From assembly GCA_008080745.1 (NCBI GenBank), contig SHMX01000001.1, forward strand, positions 510,001 to 542,000: a stretch of DNA of 32,000 nucleotides, in the 5' to 3' direction. This stretch comes from Candidatus Thorarchaeota archaeon. Lineage in GTDB: Archaea > Asgardarchaeota > Thorarchaeia > Thorarchaeales > Thorarchaeaceae. This document shows positions 1 through 10,675 of the stretch, one piece after another (the stretch's first letter is position 1; each line of letters opens with the position of its first letter). The notes beneath the pieces were generated by a model that worked only from the letters and a program-made list of their open reading frames with translations, was not told where the DNA came from and ran no database searches. Position numbers and translations under genes: made by a program.

Positions 1-193
1 TCGTATGTTATAGCCTCATTATACTCTGTGATTTCAGACATGCGTACCACTTCAATATTCAAAGAATTCGCTGTAGGTACAGCACCTTGATGAATATACT
101 AATTGGATAAAAGACTTATCGGTCAAGTAGAAAACTCAAAATTTCGTCAGAAATCAGAATAATATTAGAAAAAATAAGCATCTCTATATCAAG

Positions 194-898
194 ATGGTTG
201 TATATGACACTATGGCACCAGAGTATGCAGAGAAATTTGTCGAAGACCTACAGAGTAGAGGTTCAGCAGAAACGGCTAAACACATTGCCCGATACCTAAA
301 AACAAGCCAGCTTGAATTCTATGGACTCCACCTTCCAGTTATTCACAAAATAACGACGAAGTATACCAAAAAAATGATACTATCAGATCTGAAGGAACTG
401 ATGCTTGATCTTTGGAAAAAACCAATATTTGAAGTGAGAAGAGCAGCTATCAATATCTTGGAAAAGTATGCCAAGGCAGGGGCGGTCTATCCAACACTAA
501 AGATTGCTTCCGACTGGATTAGAGAAATCGATACCTGGGCGTTGCTTGATCCTCTAGCAACACCTTGTCTAGGGATTCTCCTTCTTCGAGATTGGGCTGT
601 CGAGAAGACTTTGATATCATGGCAAGAAAGTGATAACTTCTGGAGAAGAAGAGCGTCCGTACTACCATATCACCATCTCTGCCGAACGAAAATCTACAAG
701 GAGGAATACACTGAGAAGATTGTTAGCGCAGTCCTACCTCATATCACAGATAAAGAGTTCTTTGTTGGTAAGGCAGCAGGATGGGGTTTACGAGAGCTAA
801 GCAAGAAAAATCCTACAGCGGTTCGAGAATTCATAGAGCAGTATGGGAATAAAATGACTGCCTTGGTCAGACGTGAGGGAAGCAAAAAATTGGAATAG
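194..898 (+). CDS. DNA alkylation repair protein, AlkD-like HEAT-repeat family
   Basis: 234 aa; motifs 'IDTWALLD', 'W..SDNFWRRR', 'DKEFFVGKAAGWGLRE.SK' typical of AlkD-like (DNA_alkylation) proteins. Confidence 0.8.
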   Translation: MVVYDTMAPEYAEKFVEDLQSRGSAETAKHIARYLKTSQLEFYGLHLPVIHKITTKYTKKMILSDLKELMLDLWKKPIFEVRRAAINILEKYAKAGAVYPTLKIASDWIREIDTWALLDPLATPCLGILLLRDWAVEKTLISWQESDNFWRRRASVLPYHHLCRTKIYKEEYTEKIVSAVLPHITDKEFFVGKAAGWGLRELSKKNPTAVREFIEQYGNKMTALVRREGSKKLE

Positions 899-945
899 TT
901 TCGGTAATCTGTTTTACTTTTATTATTGTTTTGAGAGCATAAGAT

Positions 946-1287
946 ATGATGGATATGCTAGCATACTGCGGCCTCGACTGCAAGGAGTGTCCCGCATATC
1001 GCGCAAAACGCAGTGAGGACAAGTACCTACAGGAGAAGACCGCAAAGGAGTGGTCAACAGCGGAATGGACTGTTGAGCCTGAAGAGGTTAGCTGCGATGG
1101 TTGCAAATCTGATGGGGACTTATTCAAGCATTGTGCAGTCTGTAGAGTCAAATCTTGTGCCAAAACCAGAAACGTAACAACCTGTGCCCACTGTGAGGAT
1201 TACAAGTGTGATAAACTAGAAACTCTATTAGACGTACTTGGAAAAAACGCACGAACTAGATTAGATAAAATAAGATCAACTCTCTGA
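946..1287 (+). CDS. DUF3795-family Cys-rich small protein
   Basis: 113 aa; 'AYCGLDCKECPAY', 'SCDGCKS', 'C..C.VKSCA', 'TCAHCEDYKC' Cys pattern. Confidence 0.75.
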   Translation: MMDMLAYCGLDCKECPAYRAKRSEDKYLQEKTAKEWSTAEWTVEPEEVSCDGCKSDGDLFKHCAVCRVKSCAKTRNVTTCAHCEDYKCDKLETLLDVLGKNARTRLDKIRSTL

Positions 1288-1313
1288 AAACTTTAAGGAG
1301 TAACCGAGATATA

Positions 1314-2441
1314 ATGAGACGCGGAGGAGTAGCAGATCTCAAACTGCATCCGGGTAAAGCACCCCATTGGTTAGTCAAACGAATGATACCCATGGCTAGT
1401 GCAATCTGCGCATTCATTGTTGATGAATACGGTCCAAAAGAACTACTCAATCGATTATCAGATCCTGTATGGTTTCAAGCTCTTTCTAACGCTCTGGGAT
1501 ACGATTGGGATTCATCCGGTTCAACTACTGTCACTTGTGGAGTGCTAAAGACCGCACTGAATTTTGAAACTCACAGGATGGTGGGAGTTGGTGGGAAGGG
1601 CTTGGTCTCTCGTAAAGTTCCAGATAGATTGATTGCTCTGGAGGACTTTGGACTGGATGGTGCGAGACTTGCATCAATAAGTAGAGCGGTTGCTAAGGTG
1701 GATAATGCAGCTATTCAAGATGGTTATCAACTCTATCAACATGTGTTCTTCGTTGATGAAGAGGAGAATTGGACCGTTGTCCAACAGGGGATGGACCAAG
1801 ATTCAAATGATGCTAGAAGATATCACTGGACCTCCTCAGAATTTCAGGACTTTATTGATGAGCCGCATTCCGGAATGATTTCTGGACAAGTGAAACGGGC
1901 AACACTTGACCTTACATCTAAAGTCTCGGATGATTGTCGAAAAACATCATTGGATGTTGTGAAAGAAAAACCCATTCGCATTCGGAGAATGTTTGAAGAC
2001 ATTAAACCCTATGGAGAATCTTCGCTTATCCCATGGCTCGAAGGGTTTGAACCAAATTATGAACTGCCTGCATACAAGGTCATTCCTAAAAGGATGGAAT
2101 GGAGGGCAGTAAGAAAAGCGTATGAGACCCAACCATCTAATTTTGAAGAGCTTCTCTTTATTCAGGGTATGGGGCCTGCTACAATTAGAGGGCTCTCTCT
2201 TATCTCAGAGCTAATTTACGGGTCCACACCATCCTGGGTTGACCCAGTAAGGATGTGTTTCGCGTTCGGTGGTAAAGATGGAGTACCCTTTCCGGTTCCA
2301 AGAAAAGCATATGATTCTGCAATTCAGTTCATGGAAGAGGCGCTGAACGAAGCAAGAATTGGAAGACGAGAGAAAGTATTGGGATTGAAAAGACTAAAGA
2401 AATTTAGTCCACCAATAATTCATAATCCGCCACTGAGTTAG
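1314..2441 (+). CDS. DUF763-family protein
   Basis: 375 aa; 'GVADLKLHPGKAP.WL', 'RLSDP.WFQAL', 'DWDSSGSTT', 'QDGYQLY.H', 'FAFGGKDGVPFPV' signatures. Confidence 0.85.
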   Translation: MRRGGVADLKLHPGKAPHWLVKRMIPMASAICAFIVDEYGPKELLNRLSDPVWFQALSNALGYDWDSSGSTTVTCGVLKTALNFETHRMVGVGGKGLVSRKVPDRLIALEDFGLDGARLASISRAVAKVDNAAIQDGYQLYQHVFFVDEEENWTVVQQGMDQDSNDARRYHWTSSEFQDFIDEPHSGMISGQVKRATLDLTSKVSDDCRKTSLDVVKEKPIRIRRMFEDIKPYGESSLIPWLEGFEPNYELPAYKVIPKRMEWRAVRKAYETQPSNFEELLFIQGMGPATIRGLSLISELIYGSTPSWVDPVRMCFAFGGKDGVPFPVPRKAYDSAIQFMEEALNEARIGRREKVLGLKRLKKFSPPIIHNPPLS

Positions 2442-2451
2442 TTCGTGTTTG

Positions 2452-3894
2452 CTAATCTAATTCCGTATTAGCAGGATCACTAGAGTCTAGGGCATCAAGA
2501 TGCCCCGAATCTGGACCGTATTCATTCTCGAGTTCCTCAACACTTACTGTGGGTTCGATAGTCTTAGCAATAAGAATACCGAGTATGAATATGTTCAGGA
2601 GTAGAACAATGTAGAGTAGAGGGAGACCTTCCCAGAGGGTGTAGATATAGCCAGCTGGAATTGGCCCAAAAGATATGAATGCTAGAACAATGACACTGGT
2701 CAGACTGAGCATCTTTCCAAGATCTGGACGTGGAAGTGACTTGAGAATGTAAGTGCCCAATACGGAGAACCATAGAATATCGTTCGTTCTTTTAATTGCT
2801 GTGGCCAGGAAGGCGAGAGAGAAAATAACCCTGAAACCAGGATATATCTGATCTGCGGCGCTAAGCCATTCTACAGGAGCGATATAAGGCACACTCTGAG
2901 CCAAGATAAGCAAAAATACTGCAAGGGGCATGATAGAGTAAACAGCAATTGTAAGCCTACGACCACCTTGTTTGTCAAAGACACGGCCTAAAAGCAAAGT
3001 AAGAGGAACGGAAAATATCAGCGTGATGAGCTGCATGAGATTAATTTCAGGAATTCCAAAATTTAGTGTTTCATTCACATAATAAAGGCTTGCGAAGTTG
3101 TAAAAACTATCACTGAAAGCATCAAGAGCAATGATACCCACAAATACGGGGAAAACACGTAACAAAAGTTTGAGTCCACGAATATTCTCTTCAAAGAAAT
3201 CTCTGATTCCTACTGTGCGTTTCTGACCATTGGCATGTACTGGGAGGGACTCTAAAACAGTGGCCCTGATTAATGCGGAAATCCAATAGAGTATCGCGGC
3301 ACCAACGAGCATAAATCTCATTATCTCGACAAATCCAAATCCGATATCCAGCATTAGTGTAATTACAAAGAGAGGAACAAGACCGAAAGTAGTGCCCAGC
3401 GTGAAAAGACTATTAGCAACACCACCGAATTTTCTCTCGACTTGCTGCATTGAATATGCCTGACCTGCAGCGCCTGTGAAAGAGGATAGACCAGCAACCG
3501 TCATGGCAAGAGTAATCAGAAGCAGATTTGCTCCATCTACGAAGGCTAAAAGAAAGAAGGATATACCATTTACAATCATGGTGATTACTGACAGTTTTCT
3601 ACGGTCGAAATTATCAGCAAGATACCCGGCTGCAAATGAGCCAATCACATTGACAGCAAACATCAACGAGATGAAGACACCAACCATTACATAGGTAACA
3701 CCAATATCCCGAAAGTAGAGTGTGAAGTACTGTTGCAATACAGACATACTACTGTAAATCCACACCGTGAACAGGTAAATAGTCCAATTGCGATTGCTAG
3801 TGACTCGCTTTACAGATTCAAACCAAGATAATTCATGGGGAGACGCCTTCTCTGTCCGTTCAGCGTCTTGCTGGGGTGATGTTTGGGAATCCAT
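2452..3894 (-). CDS. Major facilitator superfamily transporter
   Basis: 480 aa, ~12 hydrophobic segments; MFS motif A 'GYLADNFDRR' and its repeat 'GRVFDKQGGRR'. Confidence 0.9.
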   Translation of the reverse strand: MDSQTSPQQDAERTEKASPHELSWFESVKRVTSNRNWTIYLFTVWIYSSMSVLQQYFTLYFRDIGVTYVMVGVFISLMFAVNVIGSFAAGYLADNFDRRKLSVITMIVNGISFFLLAFVDGANLLLITLAMTVAGLSSFTGAAGQAYSMQQVERKFGGVANSLFTLGTTFGLVPLFVITLMLDIGFGFVEIMRFMLVGAAILYWISALIRATVLESLPVHANGQKRTVGIRDFFEENIRGLKLLLRVFPVFVGIIALDAFSDSFYNFASLYYVNETLNFGIPEINLMQLITLIFSVPLTLLLGRVFDKQGGRRLTIAVYSIMPLAVFLLILAQSVPYIAPVEWLSAADQIYPGFRVIFSLAFLATAIKRTNDILWFSVLGTYILKSLPRPDLGKMLSLTSVIVLAFISFGPIPAGYIYTLWEGLPLLYIVLLLNIFILGILIAKTIEPTVSVEELENEYGPDSGHLDALDSSDPANTELD

Positions 3895-3965
3895 GAGGTC
3901 TTACATCCAGAATTAGGTATTGACAAGATGAAGAATTATTGTCAATTAAAGTTGCGAACAAGGCA

Positions 3966-4841
3966 TTATTCCCGTGGCATTCTACTGGCAGCCAATCGTT
4001 CCTTCTCAGAGATGCCTGTTCCAGTCACATCAATTCGTCCCACCGCTCGTAAACGAACCAATGCATGAGGATACGGGTCAAGGTATTCCTCCTCAACATT
4101 ATTCCGTATTGTTGGTTGGATATCACTAAGCCGCTGATAGATGATATTCTTCTCCTCTTCAGAGGTGAAACGTTGATCAATTACCACTGCTACATGAAAT
4201 GAAACTTCTGCATCCCATAGATATTCAACAGCCCGAAATGGAAGATCCATAAATTCCGGCGAACAACCAGTCTTTGCAGTGAACGCTTCAGGAATACCGC
4301 CCCGAATAGACAGTCGAACATGTCCTACAGTATCACCTCTACGAGAGGCATATTGAAATAAACGCTCTGCTAATTCTGGTTCTTGAGAGAGTACAAATCC
4401 ATTGGTTTCAATTACGAAGAGGTCAAACGCGTACCTGTCCCGATGTACCAACTCAAGAATACTACAGAGGTGATCCGTACATAAAGTAGGTTCAGCACCG
4501 CTAATGCGAGCTCTACGGAAATTTCTCTCAGCCATGATAGCTCGAAGTTTAGAATACACTTCTTCTGGCGAGTAGAACTGGCCATATCGCTCTGGCCAAT
4601 CACGACTCCAATCAACCCAGCAAAAAACGCAACGAATGTTGCACCCTACAGAATAGGCAGTAGCAATGCCACCATATACACCTACACCATAGAAGCTCGT
4701 GTATTTTCGTAATGGAATTCCATCAACATTCTTGCAAACCAGTTCACGGGTTCTATTTGTCAGTTGTATTGGATTGATAGGGAATGGAGGAACAAGTCCA
4801 CCGTCAAGGTCTATGGTCGCAAAGCGAATCTCATCGGTCAT
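3966..4841 (-). CDS. Radical SAM protein (archaeal uncharacterised family)
   Basis: CxxxCxxC 'CNIRCVFC', 'ISGAEPTL', 'IETNG'. Confidence 0.85.
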   Translation of the reverse strand: MTDEIRFATIDLDGGLVPPFPINPIQLTNRTRELVCKNVDGIPLRKYTSFYGVGVYGGIATAYSVGCNIRCVFCWVDWSRDWPERYGQFYSPEEVYSKLRAIMAERNFRRARISGAEPTLCTDHLCSILELVHRDRYAFDLFVIETNGFVLSQEPELAERLFQYASRRGDTVGHVRLSIRGGIPEAFTAKTGCSPEFMDLPFRAVEYLWDAEVSFHVAVVIDQRFTSEEEKNIIYQRLSDIQPTIRNNVEEEYLDPYPHALVRLRAVGRIDVTGTGISEKERLAASRMPRE

Positions 4842-4902
4842 ATATTGTTATATGAGCTTAAACGCCCTTCAAGCTTCCTAATGACCGAATAATACAATTA
4901 GA

Positions 4903-5721
4903 ATGCATACAAAGAGGATTATGATGATAGAGCTTGAATATTTCGATGATATTACTTGCATAAAGACTGCAACCGAACAGGGAGGGCAAGCAATCATGTG
5001 GGTCTATGCCTACCGAATTGGAAACCTCCTGTTTGACACAGGATGTGGAAATGCAAGAGAGGAGGTCCAAAAATGCAAAGAATTAGAGGGGATAAAGAGG
5101 GTAATTCTGAGTCACTATCATGAGGACCATATTGGTTGTGCAGGAGTGTTTGATAATGCACAGATATTTGCACATGAGCCTAGTATTGAGATGATTAAAA
5201 ACCCTGAACAACTCGGTGAGTTCTTCCAGTATGTTTGGGGACAACCTCATCAAATCAAGAGAGTATTGCCGCTCCCCGAGATGCTGAAAGAATCAGAGTT
5301 CAAGTTTGAAATAGTTTCATTGCCGGGGCATTGTGAAGATATGATAGGCCTCTATGAACCAAACAAGAAATGGCTATTTTCAGCTGATGCGGTACCCCTT
5401 CCATCCAAAAAGAAAATTGCTATGCCCGAAGAAAATGTACCACAAATTATTCAGACTCTGGAAGAAATTCAGAGGATGCCTATTGATGTCATATTCGATG
5501 GACACAGAGGTCCTATTGAAAATCCGCATGAACACATCCAGACTCGAATTGATTTCCTGAAAGGTATTCGAGAAGATATATTGAGATATCACCGGGATGG
5601 AAAATCAATACAGGAAATCCAGACATTGTTAGACATTGAAGGACCATGGTATATGGATATGACCGAGGGGAGATTTGGAATAGACCATTTCATCTCATCG
5701 ATGATTAAACATTCGATATAA
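4903..5721 (+). CDS. Metallo-beta-lactamase-fold hydrolase
   Basis: 'LFDTG', HxHxDH 'HYHEDH', 'LPGHC', 'SADA', 'GHRG'; true start may be one of the ATGs at 4921/4924. Confidence 0.85.
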   Translation: MHTKRIMMIELEYFDDITCIKTATEQGGQAIMWVYAYRIGNLLFDTGCGNAREEVQKCKELEGIKRVILSHYHEDHIGCAGVFDNAQIFAHEPSIEMIKNPEQLGEFFQYVWGQPHQIKRVLPLPEMLKESEFKFEIVSLPGHCEDMIGLYEPNKKWLFSADAVPLPSKKKIAMPEENVPQIIQTLEEIQRMPIDVIFDGHRGPIENPHEHIQTRIDFLKGIREDILRYHRDGKSIQEIQTLLDIEGPWYMDMTEGRFGIDHFISSMIKHSI

Positions 5722-5744
5722 CTGATGCGTCTCATATTACCAAG

Positions 5745-6887
5745 TTAGTTTCCTTTTCGACGCCGTGAAAGAGCATCCCGAAGGCTTCTTGTTGTCTTCT
5801 CATGTTTGCGTTGAGCTTTTTCAGCCTTCTTCTGCCGCGAACAGTTTACTCTAGCAGCTCGAGCAAGTTTTTGCACACGATCTGATTCCTGCTTCTCGCC
5901 ACTACTATAGAAGAGCTTTCTTGCTCGTTCCCATGCCTTTTGAGCAGTACAAAAATCATCCAGATGTGCTGAACAAAATCCTAGTGCATCAAATGCTTCT
6001 GGCTCATCTCCCTTGATCTTGGTATATCGTTTCCAAGCGTCAACTGCTCTTTTCCAATCCTCTAACTCCATATAGATGAAACCCAAATTCCGAAGAGCAT
6101 CACTATGGGAATTATCCACTCTAAGAGCGTGTTCAAATTGTTTTGCTGCATCTTTCAGATGGCCAGCCTTGAAAGCGACCATTCCCATTGTGTTCCTAAT
6201 CGATGGATCCCTGGGATCTAGTTTGATTGCCTCTCTTAATGCTTTCATAGCAGTCTTGTATTTTTCAGCTCTAAAGCATACATCGCCCAGAATACGCCAC
6301 GTTTCTTTATCTTCAGGTGCCAGCTTTGTAGCTTTCCTTGCAGATTTGATAGCAGACTTCCATTTTTCCAACATGGAAAATGCAATTGCTCGATGGACAA
6401 AAGCAGAGGGCAACTCAGATTCGAGCTCAAGTGCTTTGTTGTAGAAATTCAGGGCTTCTCTGTATTTGCCAATCTCAAGATGTAGGTCCCCAATACGTAA
6501 CCAGAGTTTCCAATCATCTGCTACTTTCTCAACAATTTCAAGGAGGCAGGCCAGCTCTTCATTAGGTCTATCAAGTAGTCGAAGAGCAAGGGCCTTATCT
6601 CGCAATGCATCAAGATTTCCAGGGGAGAGCGCAAGAGCCTTGTCAAATGACTTCAAAGCTTGATGAATATTGTCAGGGCCTAGGGCCATCAATATTCTAC
6701 CACGATTGGTGTAGGCAGCGGCAAGTTCTGGTTCTATTCGGATGGCAGTCTCAAGGCAACGAAGAGCAGCACCAAAATCCTCTACACTTGCTAAAAGAAC
6801 AGCCTTCATGTTCCATGCATTTGCATCATTAGGATGTTCTTTCAGATGCGCTTCTACCATTTCCAAGGTTATTTGTTCAGATGCCAT
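5745..6887 (-). CDS. Tetratricopeptide repeat protein with basic C-terminal tail
   Basis: ~9 TPR units (e.g. 'AYTNRGRIL..LG', 'ALRNLGFIYMELEDW'); Lys/Arg-rich C-terminus. Confidence 0.9.
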   Translation of the reverse strand: MASEQITLEMVEAHLKEHPNDANAWNMKAVLLASVEDFGAALRCLETAIRIEPELAAAYTNRGRILMALGPDNIHQALKSFDKALALSPGNLDALRDKALALRLLDRPNEELACLLEIVEKVADDWKLWLRIGDLHLEIGKYREALNFYNKALELESELPSAFVHRAIAFSMLEKWKSAIKSARKATKLAPEDKETWRILGDVCFRAEKYKTAMKALREAIKLDPRDPSIRNTMGMVAFKAGHLKDAAKQFEHALRVDNSHSDALRNLGFIYMELEDWKRAVDAWKRYTKIKGDEPEAFDALGFCSAHLDDFCTAQKAWERARKLFYSSGEKQESDRVQKLARAARVNCSRQKKAEKAQRKHEKTTRSLRDALSRRRKGN

Positions 6888-7235
6888 CCTTCATCATATG
6901 TTTCTCATATAGTTCATTGAAAAGCATTGAGTTTAGCACAAATGTATATCAAAATTGAGTAGAAAGTTTCGCAAATTGTTGTTTTAATGAGTGTTCAATA
7001 TCTCAATCATTTTCTAATTATATGACATCTCAATGAAAAATATTTGAAGCTGGCTGATGCTGCAAAGGCGGATTGAGTAAAATGAGCATTCTGAGTTTTG
7101 ATGCCAATTCTTGTTAGTACCTGTATTTCAAATCAACAAGAATCCGCGTTCAAAATGGGATTACTGGTAAAAAAACAGAGATGTCCAAAACCGTTTGCTA
7201 CAATGATTTATCAGAAATGATGTAAATCAGAGAGT

Positions 7236-8039
7236 ATGCGTTCCAAAATCCGAGCTGGGATGATTGTGGTAATCATACTATCACCTATGCTGAATCTAAT
7301 TTCAGCTCAGCCAAACCACTCGCTAGAATGGGGTGTTGATGTAGGAGACGAGTTTCTCTACTATCTCCAAAAGAAAACAATTGATGAGTCTCTAGCAGGG
7401 TATTTTCAGGGAAATATGAGCATGCCATTCATAACTGATATCGAAGTGGGACAGAGGGCTATAGCACAAGTTACAGGATTGGAAGTCATCCCAGAAACCG
7501 TCAACACCACTAGTCCGGCCTATATTCCACAAGCAAATTGCACGATAATTCGTGAGAACGACTCTCAAATTCTGATGGAAGAAATGCCCCTGATAATAAT
7601 GCCTATTGGTGACTGGGACCTCTTGGAGGAAATGAACAACTTCACAGGAATGGAGGGATGGACAATAATCGATAGTGAGGAAACGTGGGGAAGTAAATTC
7701 GAACAAAGTTTTACCTTCGCCATTTTTGTTGTTAGTATCTACTTGGAGATGATATATGAGAAAGTAGATGGATCCATGTCGAGAATGCACATTCGTGTGA
7801 CATTGACAGGTAGTGAGCTGGTCGATTTGATATTTATCAAGTGGCACCCAGGCCTGACACCACTCTATTCTGTAAATATCTGGCTAATAATAATCATCGC
7901 AATAATAGCTATGGTGATATTGGTGTGGTTCATTCGTCGAAGAAGAAGATTACTTCGAGAAGACGCAATACTAAAAGAATATGTAGAATATCAAGATCAA
8001 GAAGCATACACTCATGTACCAGAAAATACTGGAGAATAA
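7236..8039 (+). CDS. Hypothetical membrane-anchored surface protein (paralog 1)
   Basis: N-terminal signal peptide, 'NHSLEWGV..GD.F.Y.LQKK', C-terminal TM helix followed by RRRRR stop-transfer. Confidence 0.75.
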   Translation: MRSKIRAGMIVVIILSPMLNLISAQPNHSLEWGVDVGDEFLYYLQKKTIDESLAGYFQGNMSMPFITDIEVGQRAIAQVTGLEVIPETVNTTSPAYIPQANCTIIRENDSQILMEEMPLIIMPIGDWDLLEEMNNFTGMEGWTIIDSEETWGSKFEQSFTFAIFVVSIYLEMIYEKVDGSMSRMHIRVTLTGSELVDLIFIKWHPGLTPLYSVNIWLIIIIAIIAMVILVWFIRRRRRLLREDAILKEYVEYQDQEAYTHVPENTGE

Positions 8040-8064
8040 TATCATCAACAGGCAGGTCGAATGC

Positions 8065-8823
8065 ATGAAGAAAGGAATGCTCTCGTCAATCACATTGGTC
8101 ATCATTATTGGCTGTTCGATAGTTCCACTGATATCAGCTCAGACAAATCACACACTTGAGTGGGGAATTGAAGAAGGTGAAACATTCACCTATGTGCTCC
8201 AGAGAAAATTTGTAGCAAATCCCAACCAGCTTGAGTTTGTCGAGGCTGAAATACCCTTCATTCGTGGATTTGAGGAAGGCCAAAAAGCAACTGCATTGGT
8301 TGAGGAATTGGAAGAAGTTCCTGAAGAGGTCATTAGTTCATCAGATGTTCCTGTTGCAAAAATCACTCTGAAACGCCAGAATGACTCTGCTACCATCATT
8401 AACAACTGGACGGCAGCTGCGGTCCCAATAAATGACTGGGAAAAACTGGAAGATTTGGGAGGCTTTCTAGATGTCGAGGGTGTGACCATAGTAGATTCTG
8501 AGGATGAATGGGGTACCATCTCCCAAGGCACCTACGTAAGTGGTAGCACCAATATTGGATATTATTTTGAGTTTCGTTTTGAAAAAGAGAATGGCACTCT
8601 AAGTTACATGAGAATCAGATACACGTCCTTGGGGAATGATCTTATTGACGTCATACTAGCACATTGGTATGAGGGGATGCCCACTGTTGTCACAGGTGAC
8701 ATACCACTCACAACGATTCTAGGGGTTAGTCTGGGGTTAGTAGTAGCAGCGATAGTCGGATTTATGGTCTATAGGTCCTACAAATCCAAACGAAGTCCAA
8801 TTGAAGAACTTGGGAGGAAATAG
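8065..8823 (+). CDS. Hypothetical membrane-anchored surface protein (paralog 2)
   Basis: Start re-called at ATG 8065 (MKKGMLSSITLVIII signal peptide); 'NHTLEWGI..GE.F.Y.LQRK' aligns with upstream gene; C-terminal TM. Confidence 0.75.
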   Translation: MKKGMLSSITLVIIIGCSIVPLISAQTNHTLEWGIEEGETFTYVLQRKFVANPNQLEFVEAEIPFIRGFEEGQKATALVEELEEVPEEVISSSDVPVAKITLKRQNDSATIINNWTAAAVPINDWEKLEDLGGFLDVEGVTIVDSEDEWGTISQGTYVSGSTNIGYYFEFRFEKENGTLSYMRIRYTSLGNDLIDVILAHWYEGMPTVVTGDIPLTTILGVSLGLVVAAIVGFMVYRSYKSKRSPIEELGRK

Positions 8824-8825
8824 AG

Positions 8826-9167
8826 ATGAAACCACCTACAGAGCTAATCGATGTGGAATGGAAAACAGAATCAGAGAGAGAATTTAGAGTTGGGGATGTA
8901 TTTCGCCTCCGATTTCATCGTCACGGATCTGTCGGAGAAGATGCAGAGGTCGAAGTTTCGGATACAGAAGTCATTTCTCACGAACAGACTGAAACAAAAT
9001 ATCTCCATCCTGAAAGAATGAAGCCAGGTTGGTCTGGAGGTGATGCTGAACGCGGTTACTGGACTTTTAAAGCAAAAAAGCCGGGAACCGCCACAATAAC
9101 AGTTCGCGTCTTATTCCGATTTGAGGTGGAAAGTGAGCACCAAGTAGAGATTACAGTAGTAGAATAG
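8826..9167 (+). CDS. Chagasin/I42 protease-inhibitor-like Ig-fold protein
   Basis: 113 aa beta-rich; 'GDVFRLRF', 'GGD...WTFKAKKPGTATITV' resemble I42 domain; canonical NPTTGY loop absent. Confidence 0.5.
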   Translation: MKPPTELIDVEWKTESEREFRVGDVFRLRFHRHGSVGEDAEVEVSDTEVISHEQTETKYLHPERMKPGWSGGDAERGYWTFKAKKPGTATITVRVLFRFEVESEHQVEITVVE

Positions 9168-9266
9168 AACCATATGCTGTATTGGAAAGAGAGTAAAGAC
9201 GCCAATTCATTATGCTTGGGAATGAACTTAAATTAGGCATCGTGATTTTCATATTGAGTTGTAGTC

Positions 9267-10664
9267 ATGGATTATGAGCATATCCAAACCACATTGGATG
9301 GAAAAACTTCTGAAAATAAGTTTCTCAGTTTGCTCAAGGGGGTGAAGAGCTTCAGTGAGTCATTAGATGCCCTTGATCACATAGATTGGGATTTCAGTGG
9401 TTTTACAACGCAGTATTTGACACACAAGTTCCACTCGTATCCTGCTCGTTTCATTCCACAGATTCCCTTGTCATTTATTAGGTTATTCACCAAACCAAAT
9501 GACTCTATCCTTGACCCTTTTTGTGGATGTGGTACCTCATTGGTGGAAGCATTTCTTCATGAAAGAAATAGCATTGGTAATGATTTCAATCCTCTTGCAG
9601 CTCTCATATCCAAAGTAAAAGTGACACTAGTTCCTCAGAAGGAACTGAAATATCTTCAAAAAAAAGTGAAAACTATCGACAAGATGGAAATTTCTCCTAC
9701 TGAAATTGATCATATATCTGAAAGACTTCCTAGTAGAAAAATAAGTAGTATATTTTCCGAGTCAGTAATATACGAACTCTCCAAAATAAAAGAAATGATA
9801 CAATCGCTCAGAGAGAATCATAGAGATATCTTTGATATTGGACGTATTGCTTTATCATCTACAATCTGGTCGATTGTAGAGAACAATGGAGTTAAGGATA
9901 TTGGAAACCTTTTTAGAAAACGAATTGATATGATTATGGAAGAACTTCGTTCAATGGATAGACTTGTTTCATCACCCCCAGACTGTCTGATACTTAGCGG
10001 AGATGCTAGAAAACTCGAAGTTCCTGATGATGTAGTTAAATTAGTGATCACATCCCCCCCGTATGTAAATGCACTTGATTACTATAGAATCCATATGTAC
10101 AATATGTTCTGGTTAGATATGGATTTTGGATTATTTAGGAAACACGAAATAGGCGCACATTCGCATTATGTCGCAAATAGATTTCGTTTACTAACAGAAT
10201 ATCTTGCAGATATGTTACGTGCCATGATTGAGATGAACCGAGTCATGAAAATTGAGGGTATTTGTGCAATTGTTGTCGGCAATTCAAGCTTGGAGTATGA
10301 ACTAATTGAAAGCTACAAGCACTTTTCTTCATTTGCACCAGAAATTGGTTTCAAAATTCAAAAGACGATATATAGGAATATAGATACAAAACGAAAATAT
10401 ACCAGTACAGATATTGGAAATATAGATGATGAATATATACTAGTACTTCAAAAAAAGAGTTCATGCCCAATCCCCTCAACAGATAACGAATTTGTGACCC
10501 AAATAGTATCAAAGGAAATGGAAAAATTTCAGAAGCAAGTTAACAGTGTACAGGGCACATCAATAACTGGAAGAAAACCTACAAAGGAACGACTTAGAGA
10601 AAATATCGAAAGAATTGCTGAAGCCATCACACACCTCCCTAAAGATATTAAAATGAAGAAATAA
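9267..10664 (+). CDS. Type II DNA methyltransferase, probably N4-cytosine, alpha class
   Basis: Motif X 'THKFHSYPARFIPQ', motif I 'DPFCGCGT', then TRD, then motif IV 'TSPPY'. Confidence 0.9.
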   Translation: MDYEHIQTTLDGKTSENKFLSLLKGVKSFSESLDALDHIDWDFSGFTTQYLTHKFHSYPARFIPQIPLSFIRLFTKPNDSILDPFCGCGTSLVEAFLHERNSIGNDFNPLAALISKVKVTLVPQKELKYLQKKVKTIDKMEISPTEIDHISERLPSRKISSIFSESVIYELSKIKEMIQSLRENHRDIFDIGRIALSSTIWSIVENNGVKDIGNLFRKRIDMIMEELRSMDRLVSSPPDCLILSGDARKLEVPDDVVKLVITSPPYVNALDYYRIHMYNMFWLDMDFGLFRKHEIGAHSHYVANRFRLLTEYLADMLRAMIEMNRVMKIEGICAIVVGNSSLEYELIESYKHFSSFAPEIGFKIQKTIYRNIDTKRKYTSTDIGNIDDEYILVLQKKSSCPIPSTDNEFVTQIVSKEMEKFQKQVNSVQGTSITGRKPTKERLRENIERIAEAITHLPKDIKMKK

Positions 10665-10675
10665 TCAAAGAGAAT

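Noticed and set aside
1-90. Possible gene fragment at window start (minus-strand ATG at 41, or plus-frame ending TGA at 90)
   Set aside because: Too short to choose strand or assign a product.
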